Shown: in pieces, positions 39,480 to 49,340 of the stretch
Position numbering within the stretch: position 1 is the first letter of the stretch
Layout: every line of letters begins with the position of its first letter
IMG/VR virus record: IMGVR_UViG_3300032285_003860
DNA from: a virus
Reading direction: 5' to 3' (one strand)
Length of the DNA: 64,000 nt
The notes under the pieces: generated by a model
Databases searched by the model: none
What the model was told of the DNA's origin: nothing
Seen by the model: only the letters and a program-made list of their open reading frames with translations
Translations under genes and position numbers: made by a program

Positions 39480-42400
39480 ATGAGTATCAATAGTCAATTA
39501 TTTGGTTTGGCGTCAGCAGTTGCCTATATAAGACAAGGCGGCGGCACCACAGCTAAAAATATTATACAGGGTATGAGCAATGCCTTTGGCGGCACCAATG
39601 ATGATGGGACATATGCATATAATTTGTTTCAGGCTGATACTGGCATACTTTATACAAATGGGTTTAATTTATCATATATAAGTTATGCTAACCTTGAAAA
39701 CACTGTGTCTCCTCTCGTTGGTAACATTCCCGTCCTAAATGTTGGTATTTCTGCTTTAACTTATGGGTATGGGAACTATTACTCTATTGGCGAGTCAAAT
39801 ATAGTAAATTATATAAATAAATTTAATACAGCAATGGGATATCCCAATATTTCTATTACTGAATCAGACTTTGATATCATTTTTTCTAGCTTATCTTTAG
39901 AAGGCATAAATAATGATGTAATAAATTCTCCTGATTCAGCAAACCCGATTGGTAAAAATGTCAATTATAATTGGTATGATTCTTCTGTTTTGTTTGGCTT
40001 AGATAAGTCTACTTCCCACGCCACATTAATTAAAGATATAGAAAATCAATATTATTACCTTACAGGAAAATTAATCTATGATCCTATTCCTGGAGATTTA
40101 GTAAAATGCATTTCTTCTGGAACACTGATAAATACTTCTAGTGGAGTAATTTTTACTAATTATATTTTAAATCAGCCTTGTTATGATGCGGATTCTTATA
40201 TCGGTCCTGTTTCTGGAATTAATTTTTTTAGAACATTTAATGATGGTCCAGGAACATCTGGATATTTTGATGATACCGTTACCCAAGAATATGTGAATTT
40301 TGATAAAGCTATTTTAGCAAAAGAAGATTATTCTTCAAACAATAGAGCTTTATATTCTTATCAAACTGATGAAAATGGCAATTATTTATTTTTGAAATCT
40401 GGAGTAAATATTGATGTTCCTGGAGTGTTTAATCCGTCAGAAGAATATGGAGCAGGACATACAAATAAAATATCTGCTGGACAGTATTGTTCTTTTACTG
40501 GATATTATGCAGAAGGCGTTCCATTAATGAGAATGCATCAAGGCGATAATCAATTAAAATGGAATGTCCAAAAGAGTTATGTCGGAGATTATCCTAATGG
40601 CATTTGTGTTATCACTAGCTCTTTGGAAAATTGGACTGGTTGGAAATTGGTTAATTTTGAACTTGATGAAAGTCAATCTGAATATTTTCAAAATGTCTTG
40701 ACAAATCCTGACGCCAATTTAAAAAGATTTTTAAAAAGATGTTTAAGTTTAACTAATTCAAAAGATTCTCATGGTAATCCAGTGACTCCTTATAGTTTGG
40801 TATATGAATATAATACTGGGGTATTGGCTTGCTATGGGCCTTATAATGCTCCGACTGATGAACTTGGTCATCTTATCCCAACTTATGTTGGTCCTCCTCA
40901 ATTAAATGGCTCTGCCGACTTGCCTGGACTTGCTTTTTATCAAACTTTTGATAATTCAAATTTCCCAGACTCAGGCGGAGAATATATTACAATTAATATT
41001 CGTCCAGTAATATCTAGTTCTTCTGCGGGATCAATAAATGGAGATTCTACAAGGACTTTTTCTTCCAGCGTCTCTAATTCTAATCTTTTTTCTTTGTCTG
41101 GGTCGTCCCATGCAGGTTTAAATGCCGCAAAATTAAGTTTTAATAAAAAAATTGATTCTTCGGGTCTTTCTGGTTACGATGATATATTCAAAAAATGTTT
41201 ATCTATTGGTGATAATTTTCAAAACTCTATTTCTGGAGCTTTATATCCACAATCGAATGCTGGATTTAATTATTCTGGTGGAATATATTTTTCTGGAAAC
41301 GAAATTGTGTATCCTCAAGACTTATTGCATTTGTCCAAACTTATTGGTTCAGAATATTCTGGCGTAATGTTTTTAACTGGGTTTCAAAATATAAATGATA
41401 ATTCTGTGTCATTGATAAACAGATATGATTCACAATTTTATACTGGTAATGTTTCTAATGGAGCAAAGACCGCTGGAGAAAATGTAGGATACTATTATTT
41501 TCAAGACACAATATTGGGTGCATCAAACGCTGGTTGGGAAAGTTTTTCTCCAATTCCTCCAGATGTTCAAAATGACGCTGATAATCTACCTTATCTTTCT
41601 GGTATATATTCTGGAATTTCTTTAACTAGTAAAGTAGAAAATTATTTACCAAGATATTATTCTGGACCATATAGAAGCTATTCTATAAAATTTTTATATC
41701 CAAATGCTTCTGGTGCAACAATCACATATGATTCTAAACTAAATGGATTTCCGTATAAAATTACGTATTCCATGACAATTAAAGAAGAATCTGTTAGAGA
41801 AGTATATGGCTTGTCTGGACTCTATAGCAGTCAGCAAAATTTATATCCTATTAGAGCCAATGCTTTTGGTGGAACATCTGCATTAAATGAATTAATGCCG
41901 ACCATGTTTTTAAGTCCATATACATATAATTTTAATGTAAATAAATCTATTTATCCAGATTCAGGGGGCTTTAATCATTCAGCTTCTTATGGTGGATTTG
42001 TTAATGGATTTTATGTTCCTAATTTTAGAAACAATATAAATGACCCATATAATGCGCCGAATTATTGTACTCAATCTTTTTTAAATAGTAACGCGTACCA
42101 AGATTCTTGTTCTTTTATAAATGGCATTAAAACTACTGGAAAAGTTAATTATAAAGTTATTTATACTGGCGGAGGACTTACAAAGAAAATTGGTTTTATT
42201 GAGCCAGCCCTAGATTCTACTTTGTTTTGGAATTATTCTTCAAATAAAATAACGGGAGAAGCTTTTTATGTTCCTCCAGTTTTTGATTTGTCTACATATA
42301 CAATTAATCCTTCTCAAAATTTATTAGACATGACTGTGAATAGATTGTTTGGTAAAAAAACTGATCCAACTTTTTCAAACAATGGTCTTGTAAGAACAGG

Positions 42401-44279
42401 TATTCTGGTCGATGGATTTGATCCAATTTTCTATGAGTATGTTGGTGGAAGAATTGGTTCTGGGGCAAATAATGAAGGTGGCTATAATAGCAAAAATATT
42501 ATTGGCGATCAATGGTTGGATTTTTACGCAAAAAATTGGGGAGTTTATAATGCCCCAAATTGCCCTAATTATGGTACTCACGAGGAGCGTCTTGCTAAGA
42601 ATGATAATTATTTGATACTTTCATCATTTACAAATAGCGGTCTAAATATTTATGCCAGAGGATTAAACTATTATCCCTATTTTAGCAATTGGACTTATAC
42701 TAAAATGAATGGGTTGGGCAATATAGGCGTTACAACCAGCCAAATTAATTTAAATGGTGAATCTTATTATAATTTTGATTTGCAAAATATATTCCCCACC
42801 AAAACTGTTCCATTAAGTGGTCAATTTTATTCTTCTGGCGGTTTTAATCTTGGACCTTTCCCTCAAGATGTTGAGCTTTGTGTTTCTGGAGCAGATTCTA
42901 TTATTCCAAGCGGTTATCTTTTTGTGGATGGAGAGCAAATGACTTTTAATTATCTCGGTAACTGTCCAATAAATAATATGGAAAATTTTGTTCCTAATTC
43001 TGGAATTATTACAAGTCAAGCTGGAAGAGGGTCTCTATTAACTACTTTTAAATTAATTCCTTCTGGTTCTTTTGTAAACTTAAATATAAAAAGTTTTACA
43101 TCTATTGGTTCAGGTTTAATTGGAATTACTGGAAAATCAACGGTGACCATTCGTCCAAGAACTTTGCTTGGCGCAGTCAATACTGATAATTATGATGATT
43201 ATGGGTATCCATTCATTTCTGGGGATTATCTCGCTAATATGAATGCTTCTAATTATATAAATAATGGCTCAGAAAGCATTTTCTCTGCAAATCTTAGTCA
43301 ATTTACAGATTTGATTGGTCAAAATATATCAAAGCAGACCCCAGTGCGTTCGGAGATAATTTTCCCCGTTCCTGGTCCTGATTTTATTCCTTATCTTAGT
43401 GGTTTGGGTCTAGTTACTTCGGACGCCAATGGAAATTATGTATTTACAACTACAAGAGGGCCCACTTATGATTATTGGGTAAATAAAAATCCTTATGCCT
43501 TATTTACTGGAATTAGAGAATCAACAAGGCTTTCAATTCAAATTGATAATATTTCTTTAGATTATTCTCCTGTACCATATCAAAGCTATAAAAATATTAT
43601 TGTGTCTGGGGCATGTACAATAAGCGGAGAATTTTCTTATACTGGACAAGCAGAAAGCGCAATACTTTCCCAAGGTATAGTTTTGTCGGGATGGACTGGA
43701 AGCGGATATTCTGCTGCTGTATTAAGAGATATTTCTGCGCCAATTTATGTTTCTGATATATTAAGTCGTCTTCCTGGAAATTTGCTTCCTTCTGGACAAG
43801 GGATAAACTATCTTTTAGAAGCCCCCTCTTTAATGAAAAAGAGAAAGCGCTTTTTTCAAATTACTGGTGGAGATACTTATATTGATGCTCCGCCTCCAGG
43901 GGTAACCAATTACAATAAATTCGCTTGGCCAGCTTTAAGTGATTTAGCTACTTTGAATCCAAACATTGTTTACGAACAGCTTCCTCCAGAAGATGGGTTT
44001 ATTTTTCCAACAGATAATTTAATATTTAGCGCATCTCAAGGGCAAGCGATTTTAACTGGAGCAACATCTGGAACAAAATTCAATCCAGTAGAAAACGTCA
44101 CCTATCAAGCAATTTTAAATTACGCTTTTCTAGATAGTACTGCGACTAATTCACTATATAATTCTGGAAAATGTATTTTTCCATTTACAGAAGGCTCTAA
44201 TATAATAAATAGCGGCAATCTAACTGGAGTACTCGTACAAGAGCGCACTCCTTTGGCAGTCTATATAAATTTCGTATAA
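39480..44279 (+). CDS. giant putative virion protein
   Basis: 1599 aa; N/S/Y/G-rich with abundant SG/TG like the tail proteins. Confidence 0.6.
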   Translation: MSINSQLFGLASAVAYIRQGGGTTAKNIIQGMSNAFGGTNDDGTYAYNLFQADTGILYTNGFNLSYISYANLENTVSPLVGNIPVLNVGISALTYGYGNYYSIGESNIVNYINKFNTAMGYPNISITESDFDIIFSSLSLEGINNDVINSPDSANPIGKNVNYNWYDSSVLFGLDKSTSHATLIKDIENQYYYLTGKLIYDPIPGDLVKCISSGTLINTSSGVIFTNYILNQPCYDADSYIGPVSGINFFRTFNDGPGTSGYFDDTVTQEYVNFDKAILAKEDYSSNNRALYSYQTDENGNYLFLKSGVNIDVPGVFNPSEEYGAGHTNKISAGQYCSFTGYYAEGVPLMRMHQGDNQLKWNVQKSYVGDYPNGICVITSSLENWTGWKLVNFELDESQSEYFQNVLTNPDANLKRFLKRCLSLTNSKDSHGNPVTPYSLVYEYNTGVLACYGPYNAPTDELGHLIPTYVGPPQLNGSADLPGLAFYQTFDNSNFPDSGGEYITINIRPVISSSSAGSINGDSTRTFSSSVSNSNLFSLSGSSHAGLNAAKLSFNKKIDSSGLSGYDDIFKKCLSIGDNFQNSISGALYPQSNAGFNYSGGIYFSGNEIVYPQDLLHLSKLIGSEYSGVMFLTGFQNINDNSVSLINRYDSQFYTGNVSNGAKTAGENVGYYYFQDTILGASNAGWESFSPIPPDVQNDADNLPYLSGIYSGISLTSKVENYLPRYYSGPYRSYSIKFLYPNASGATITYDSKLNGFPYKITYSMTIKEESVREVYGLSGLYSSQQNLYPIRANAFGGTSALNELMPTMFLSPYTYNFNVNKSIYPDSGGFNHSASYGGFVNGFYVPNFRNNINDPYNAPNYCTQSFLNSNAYQDSCSFINGIKTTGKVNYKVIYTGGGLTKKIGFIEPALDSTLFWNYSSNKITGEAFYVPPVFDLSTYTINPSQNLLDMTVNRLFGKKTDPTFSNNGLVRTGILVDGFDPIFYEYVGGRIGSGANNEGGYNSKNIIGDQWLDFYAKNWGVYNAPNCPNYGTHEERLAKNDNYLILSSFTNSGLNIYARGLNYYPYFSNWTYTKMNGLGNIGVTTSQINLNGESYYNFDLQNIFPTKTVPLSGQFYSSGGFNLGPFPQDVELCVSGADSIIPSGYLFVDGEQMTFNYLGNCPINNMENFVPNSGIITSQAGRGSLLTTFKLIPSGSFVNLNIKSFTSIGSGLIGITGKSTVTIRPRTLLGAVNTDNYDDYGYPFISGDYLANMNASNYINNGSESIFSANLSQFTDLIGQNISKQTPVRSEIIFPVPGPDFIPYLSGLGLVTSDANGNYVFTTTRGPTYDYWVNKNPYALFTGIRESTRLSIQIDNISLDYSPVPYQSYKNIIVSGACTISGEFSYTGQAESAILSQGIVLSGWTGSGYSAAVLRDISAPIYVSDILSRLPGNLLPSGQGINYLLEAPSLMKKRKRFFQITGGDTYIDAPPPGVTNYNKFAWPALSDLATLNPNIVYEQLPPEDGFIFPTDNLIFSASQGQAILTGATSGTKFNPVENVTYQAILNYAFLDSTATNSLYNSGKCIFPFTEGSNIINSGNLTGVLVQERTPLAVYINFV

Positions 44280-44280
44280 A

Positions 44281-46842
44281 TTACGATTCCTTTAATTCTG
44301 CCAATTTACTATAAATTTTATTTTGTTGGGTAGCGATGATGTCTGCAAAGACACAATCATCTTCCATTTTTGTGCCGCAAACAATGACAATGTCTCCTTC
44401 TTTTGGCAAACCATTATTCAAAGACTTACATTGTTCAAGCTTGTCTTTAAAAATCATGACCTTCAAGCTTCCTGTTTCGTCGCTGATTTGAAATCTAGCA
44501 TAAGTATTTCCATTTTTTGTTTTTCCTGTTTTGGGCGCTTCTTCTAATACTCCAATGAAATCGCATTTTGTTTTTTCTCCATATCCTTGGATATCAACAA
44601 TAGGCTCTAGGGTTTCTTTTTTAGAAAGGAATATATCAATCAATTTTTTGCCATGAGTATATCCAATCAACTTGTTCTCATACCACCAATTTGCAAAATC
44701 CATGCATCCCTTGTTCTGCAAATAAATTAATTTATATTTTTCCGAATGCTTCTTTATCGTTTCAAATCGAGAGGCCTTAATAAGATTTTTGCCTTTTTCA
44801 TCTTTAATTGTATCAACTAAAGCTTTGACTGTTTTGGAGACGCTATTTTCATAATTGTTTGCATAATTGATAACGTGCCTTTTTTCTTTATCCGTTAAGA
44901 TATTCCAAAGCTGCGCCTCGTAAACAAGTAATGGGCGATTATTAGATAAGCTATCAAGCGTACCAGCTTGAATAAGAGCAGACAAAACACCTATTCCAAG
45001 ACCAGCTTCTTTAGAAGACTCAAAAAGTTCAAATTTATTAGAATGGCGTCTTTTAAAATTATTAAATTTTTCAATTGTTTTTTCACTTATGCCCCTAATA
45101 GAAGACAAGCCAAATCGAATGTTTTTGCCTTCAATAGAGAAATCGACTTCGGAGAGGGTTAAACTTGGAGGAAGCAATTCAACCTTCAATGCGTTCATTT
45201 CTTTATGAATCTTAGAGATTTCGCCAATTGGGTCGGGTTCATGCCTAGTCATTTTCAACAATGACAAATAAAATTGAGTAGGATGATTAAACTTTAAATA
45301 TACTGTTTGCGCACACAATACGGAATAAGAGAAGCTGTGAGACTTGTTAAATTGATAACCGCCAGAGTCTTCAACGATTTTCCAGAAGACTTCGCCCACT
45401 TCTTTGGGGAGTTTATTTTCTTTGACCTTTTCTTCAATCTTTGCTTTCCAAGTTTTAATTTCTTCAATCTTCTTTTTACCAATGCATCGACGAATCTGTT
45501 CTGATTCATCCAAGGTAAAGCCAATTTTATTAGCCATTTTCATAGCCTGTTCTTGATAAAGACACAGTCCGCCGGTTTCTCGTAAAACATCATCAAAGAA
45601 TGGATGAATTGAATCTACTGTTCCTGTATTAGAATAATTTGCAAAGTTATCTGCAAATTGCAAGGCTCCTGGTCGAGCAATAGCCAATACAGCACTGATT
45701 TCAGACAAATTCTTTGGTTTAACTTTCTTTGCGACCTTAAAATTAGTCTCTGCTTCAATTTGAAAGACTCCATGAGGATATTTCAAATCTTGTAGATGCA
45801 AATAAATAGATTCTTCATTTACATTGATATCTTGAGGCTTAATTCCCAAAGACTTGCAGCAATCATCAATTACTGATACGCTTCTCAAGCCGAGGGCGTC
45901 CAGCTTAACAGCAAACTCTGCCACCCATCCCATGTCATAACTAGATACTTCTTCTTTGTCAGAAGAAAGTTCTGTTGGGCAACAGTCTTCCAGCTTGTCA
46001 AAAGAAATCAGGATTCCAGAAGGATGGACTCCCTTGTTTTTAATTAAATCTTTTAATTTTAAAGCGGTATCATAAATCAAAGAATTTTTACTGCACCATT
46101 CTTTAAACTCTGGGGAAGTCTCATACGCCTCCTTCATGTCCATAATGATACCATGGTTTTTTGGAATAAAACCCGTAACCATCGTCATTTCTTCCTCGGG
46201 CTTCATTCCTAGAACTTTGCCAACTTCTTTAATACAAAGCTTTGCAGAAAGAGTGTTGAGAGTAAGGATTTTTGAAGTTTTACCTTTGTATTTTTGATTG
46301 ATATAATCAATAACTTTAGAACGCTGATAATAATCAAAATCAATATCAACATCCATCAGAAGAGAGCCAGCAAGATAAATAATTCCATCAATAACAGTCT
46401 TTTTTGAGCGAGTTTTTGAAATGAAGCGTTCAAAATATAATTCATTTTTTAATGAATCAATCTTTGTCACACCAATAAGAAAAAGAACAAGACTTCCAGC
46501 GGCAGATCCACGACCTGGACCAGTGGGAATATTTTGCTCTCTGCAAAAGTTTACAACATCCCATACCAACAGAATATAATCGACTAGACCAAGGTCATTG
46601 ATTGTATCTAATTCGTATTTGACTCTGGTGGAATAATCTTTGTATTCTTTTGAGCCTTTTGCATGACCCAAAGCAAGGAAACCTTTTTTACAAAGAGAAC
46701 GTAAAAAATCAAAATTAGAGCAATCCTCTCCTAATCCCAAATCTTTTCTATGGCGTTCCTCGATTTTAATTTCTGGAAGACGCACTCCTTTAATTGGGCT
46801 TTCAATTGTAGAGAACTGACTGACAAAATCCAAAGTATTCAT
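44281..46842 (-). CDS. dnaE: DNA polymerase III alpha subunit, catalytic part lacking the PHP domain
   Basis: GPGRGSAAGSLV, LYFERF, DVDIDF, HPSGILI, KLDALGL, YQEQ, FNKSH, IRFGL and a C-terminal OB fold. Confidence 0.95.
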   Translation of the reverse strand: MNTLDFVSQFSTIESPIKGVRLPEIKIEERHRKDLGLGEDCSNFDFLRSLCKKGFLALGHAKGSKEYKDYSTRVKYELDTINDLGLVDYILLVWDVVNFCREQNIPTGPGRGSAAGSLVLFLIGVTKIDSLKNELYFERFISKTRSKKTVIDGIIYLAGSLLMDVDIDFDYYQRSKVIDYINQKYKGKTSKILTLNTLSAKLCIKEVGKVLGMKPEEEMTMVTGFIPKNHGIIMDMKEAYETSPEFKEWCSKNSLIYDTALKLKDLIKNKGVHPSGILISFDKLEDCCPTELSSDKEEVSSYDMGWVAEFAVKLDALGLRSVSVIDDCCKSLGIKPQDINVNEESIYLHLQDLKYPHGVFQIEAETNFKVAKKVKPKNLSEISAVLAIARPGALQFADNFANYSNTGTVDSIHPFFDDVLRETGGLCLYQEQAMKMANKIGFTLDESEQIRRCIGKKKIEEIKTWKAKIEEKVKENKLPKEVGEVFWKIVEDSGGYQFNKSHSFSYSVLCAQTVYLKFNHPTQFYLSLLKMTRHEPDPIGEISKIHKEMNALKVELLPPSLTLSEVDFSIEGKNIRFGLSSIRGISEKTIEKFNNFKRRHSNKFELFESSKEAGLGIGVLSALIQAGTLDSLSNNRPLLVYEAQLWNILTDKEKRHVINYANNYENSVSKTVKALVDTIKDEKGKNLIKASRFETIKKHSEKYKLIYLQNKGCMDFANWWYENKLIGYTHGKKLIDIFLSKKETLEPIVDIQGYGEKTKCDFIGVLEEAPKTGKTKNGNTYARFQISDETGSLKVMIFKDKLEQCKSLNNGLPKEGDIVIVCGTKMEDDCVFADIIATQQNKIYSKLAELKES

Positions 46843-47483
46843 ATTTCTATTTGATATTTTAGCTTATTCCAGACTTTGAGGTTTAATTGCAAATCAACCA
46901 GTGCGTTATGCAAATTGTCATAGTCATGATCTATATTATACTCTTTACCAAGAGAAGTCAAGTTCGTTTTAATGCCTTTTATATGTGCGTTTGCCATCGT
47001 GTATTGATAATCCATCCAAACATCATCATTTGGTCTATATGGGCGGTTCATTTTGATTCCTTGCGCAACGGATTTTGTATCAATGATTTTATCAAGGATA
47101 AAAGACCAATCTTCACCCATATATTCGAAATATCCTTTTAATAAGTAAATGTCAAATCGTAAACCATTGTGCATTATAATTTTATCTGCCCATTTTAACG
47201 ATTCAATGATTTTCGGAAATGCCTCATCGGGCGTAACACTGTTTTTATCAAAATGAGCTTGATTGAACTTGGTTACCATTGCCGCCCCTGCGCCTATTTT
47301 AAATTTACAATCATCCCACTTGATTAGAAGATCTATTTCTTCGATAATCTGTTCTCCTTCTACCTTTAATACTGCAATCTGCCAAGGTCTATTTGCCTGA
47401 AAATTTAAATTTAAATTAAATGTTTCGCAATCAATAAGTGCAATCTTTGCTTTTTTATTAAATCTGATAAGATGTTCGTCCAT
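46839..47483 (-). CDS. DEDDh 3'-5' proofreading exonuclease (DnaQ/epsilon-like)
   Basis: IDCET, HNGLRFD, IDT and HNALVD motifs; likely start MDEHL at 47483. Confidence 0.9.
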   Translation of the reverse strand: MDEHLIRFNKKAKIALIDCETFNLNLNFQANRPWQIAVLKVEGEQIIEEIDLLIKWDDCKFKIGAGAAMVTKFNQAHFDKNSVTPDEAFPKIIESLKWADKIIMHNGLRFDIYLLKGYFEYMGEDWSFILDKIIDTKSVAQGIKMNRPYRPNDDVWMDYQYTMANAHIKGIKTNLTSLGKEYNIDHDYDNLHNALVDLQLNLKVWNKLKYQIEI

Positions 47484-47487
47484 AATA

Positions 47488-48249
47488 TTATTTGTTATTT
47501 TCACGCAGCCAACGGTCATAATTAAATGAATCACTGCAAAGATGATTAAATTCTGGCTTTTCTATATTTGTTCTTTCCGAAATGCATCTAAATGTGTTGT
47601 AGGCAATAAAGTCAAGTTTTGATTTATAATAAATGCTTTGAACTTCAAGCGTTTCTAATTTATTATTTTTACTATAATCAAGTACTTTTTTTCGCAGCAG
47701 CCCATCAAACGGAATTCCATTATCTTCTAAAAACATTATTGGTTTAATTGCGCCAAATTCAGGGACATGAAAATGACCTTCAAAAGAATTTAAATGAAGA
47801 AAAGAGTCATAAAATGGCACTGCGAGACTCAAATCTTCTACCCATAATCTATGAAGATTTGCAAAGTCTAAACAGGCATTGTAGTAAAACCCCTCTTTTG
47901 CCGCAATGCTCCAAAGCTTTATTAAAGCCTGATAACCTTTATTATTTTTGGCGAAAATGATATATTTCGCCCTGCTGTTTAGCGAATCTGCGTCCTGATT
48001 TTTAATATCTTTTGTTATTGAAATTCTTAATCCAAAGATTAATTTAAGTTTATTTTCTGTGCATCGAGTAATTGCCTCTAAAAAAGAAGAAACATTATCC
48101 TCGACAAGACAAAGATGGTCTTGTTTGGAATGAAGAACTAAATCAATGATAGAAACAGGATAATTTTCAATTGAACCAGATGGCTTTTCTAGGGTATTAA
48201 TTGATTTTCCCAAAGAAAAATGGCTTTTGTAACAAGCAAGTTTTTGCAT
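47488..48249 (-). CDS. stand-alone PHP domain of Pol III alpha with degenerate metal site
   Basis: SHFSLGKS, KLIFG and IFAKNNKGYQALIKL.S.A..EGFYY align to the DnaE N-terminus. Confidence 0.85.
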   Translation of the reverse strand: MQKLACYKSHFSLGKSINTLEKPSGSIENYPVSIIDLVLHSKQDHLCLVEDNVSSFLEAITRCTENKLKLIFGLRISITKDIKNQDADSLNSRAKYIIFAKNNKGYQALIKLWSIAAKEGFYYNACLDFANLHRLWVEDLSLAVPFYDSFLHLNSFEGHFHVPEFGAIKPIMFLEDNGIPFDGLLRKKVLDYSKNNKLETLEVQSIYYKSKLDFIAYNTFRCISERTNIEKPEFNHLCSDSFNYDRWLRENNK

Positions 48250-48254
48250 ATGTT

Positions 48255-48285
48255 ATCATAGTGCCATTAGTTTAAAAAAAGTCAA
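48255..48285 (-). promoter_or_regulatory. sigma70-like promoter of the polymerase genes
   Basis: Minus strand: CTTGACT...CACTATGAT, ending 5 nt before ATG 48249. Confidence 0.5.
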
Positions 48286-48287
48286 GC

Positions 48288-49340
48288 TTAAAAATCATCT
48301 AATGCATCTTTATATTTCTTCTCTATCTTAGTCTCTGGCAATTCGCCTATTGCATTACAATATCTTGGGCAACCTTTATAAACTGCTTCTTCAATAACTT
48401 GACCTTCTTTTAAAACAATATCTTCTTTCTTTTTGTAAGATTTGATTTCTTTTCCGTCTTTTTTAACAATATAGTAAGTAAAGCCAAATTTATAACTGCA
48501 ATGCCACATTGGGGTGCCATCTTTTTTTAATTGACCAGGTTCTTTGGCAAAACCGCACATGAGCTTTCCAGAAAAAGTTCCATCTGTTGGCATACCCTTA
48601 TCTGCCGCCATATTAGAATAAGCCTGTTTTTCAGAAAAATTTTCTAATCTGTTTTGAATAGATTCAAGATAATATTCTGCTCCCTTTAATTGGTCTTCAT
48701 TAAATGATACTTCAACAATTGGGTCTTCTGGAAATTGTAAAAAGACAAACCTGACTTTTGGGGTCAATTCTGGCCATATTTTTTTGCAAGCAATAGAATA
48801 AATTATGCCCTGAAGATTAGAATCAATATCTTCTCCCTCAAATTTCTTTTTTGAAGTCTTATAGTCATCAATAATAATCTCGTTGCCTTTTTTAGATGGG
48901 CGGTCAATAAATCCTCGAATCAAATATCTAGGAGATTCATTAAGAATATTAAATTCATATTCTGGCTTAATTAGTTTTGCGCCCTTCACATAAAAGTCAG
49001 CCTTTAGACCAACAAGAATCATTTGATTGATATGGTCGTAAACTTCTTTTGTATTTGGAAGCTTATACTTTTTAATTCTATTTTTGATAAATCTATTTAC
49101 CGTTGGGCATCCAGAGATATGGTCTTTTTTAATTATTAATTTATATTTATTTTTGTGCTTTGGCAGAATCAATAGTTCAAATAGGTCATGAACAACAGAA
49201 CCCTTCAATGCTCCCTCATTTGTAGAATCAGGCACATTATTTTTATACTTTTGAAAGTATGTCCAGCTACAGCCTTCAAAAGTCTTGACCTTTGATGCAG
49301 ATATTGCTGTAAGCTCTAATTTAGGTATTGCTTCTTCCAT
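48288..49340 (-). CDS. PD-(D/E)XK exonuclease, Cas4/AddB-like
   Basis: ISASK..TF..C, G..VH, RGFID, IIDDYKTSK, Q..IY; several C-terminal Cys. Confidence 0.85.
   Translation of the reverse strand: MEEAIPKLELTAISASKVKTFEGCSWTYFQKYKNNVPDSTNEGALKGSVVHDLFELLILPKHKNKYKLIIKKDHISGCPTVNRFIKNRIKKYKLPNTKEVYDHINQMILVGLKADFYVKGAKLIKPEYEFNILNESPRYLIRGFIDRPSKKGNEIIIDDYKTSKKKFEGEDIDSNLQGIIYSIACKKIWPELTPKVRFVFLQFPEDPIVEVSFNEDQLKGAEYYLESIQNRLENFSEKQAYSNMAADKGMPTDGTFSGKLMCGFAKEPGQLKKDGTPMWHCSYKFGFTYYIVKKDGKEIKSYKKKEDIVLKEGQVIEEAVYKGCPRYCNAIGELPETKIEKKYKDALDDF

Noticed and set aside
48288-49340. Cas4 as part of a CRISPR-Cas system
   Set aside because: No other cas genes or array in the window; its position in the replication cluster fits a solo phage exonuclease
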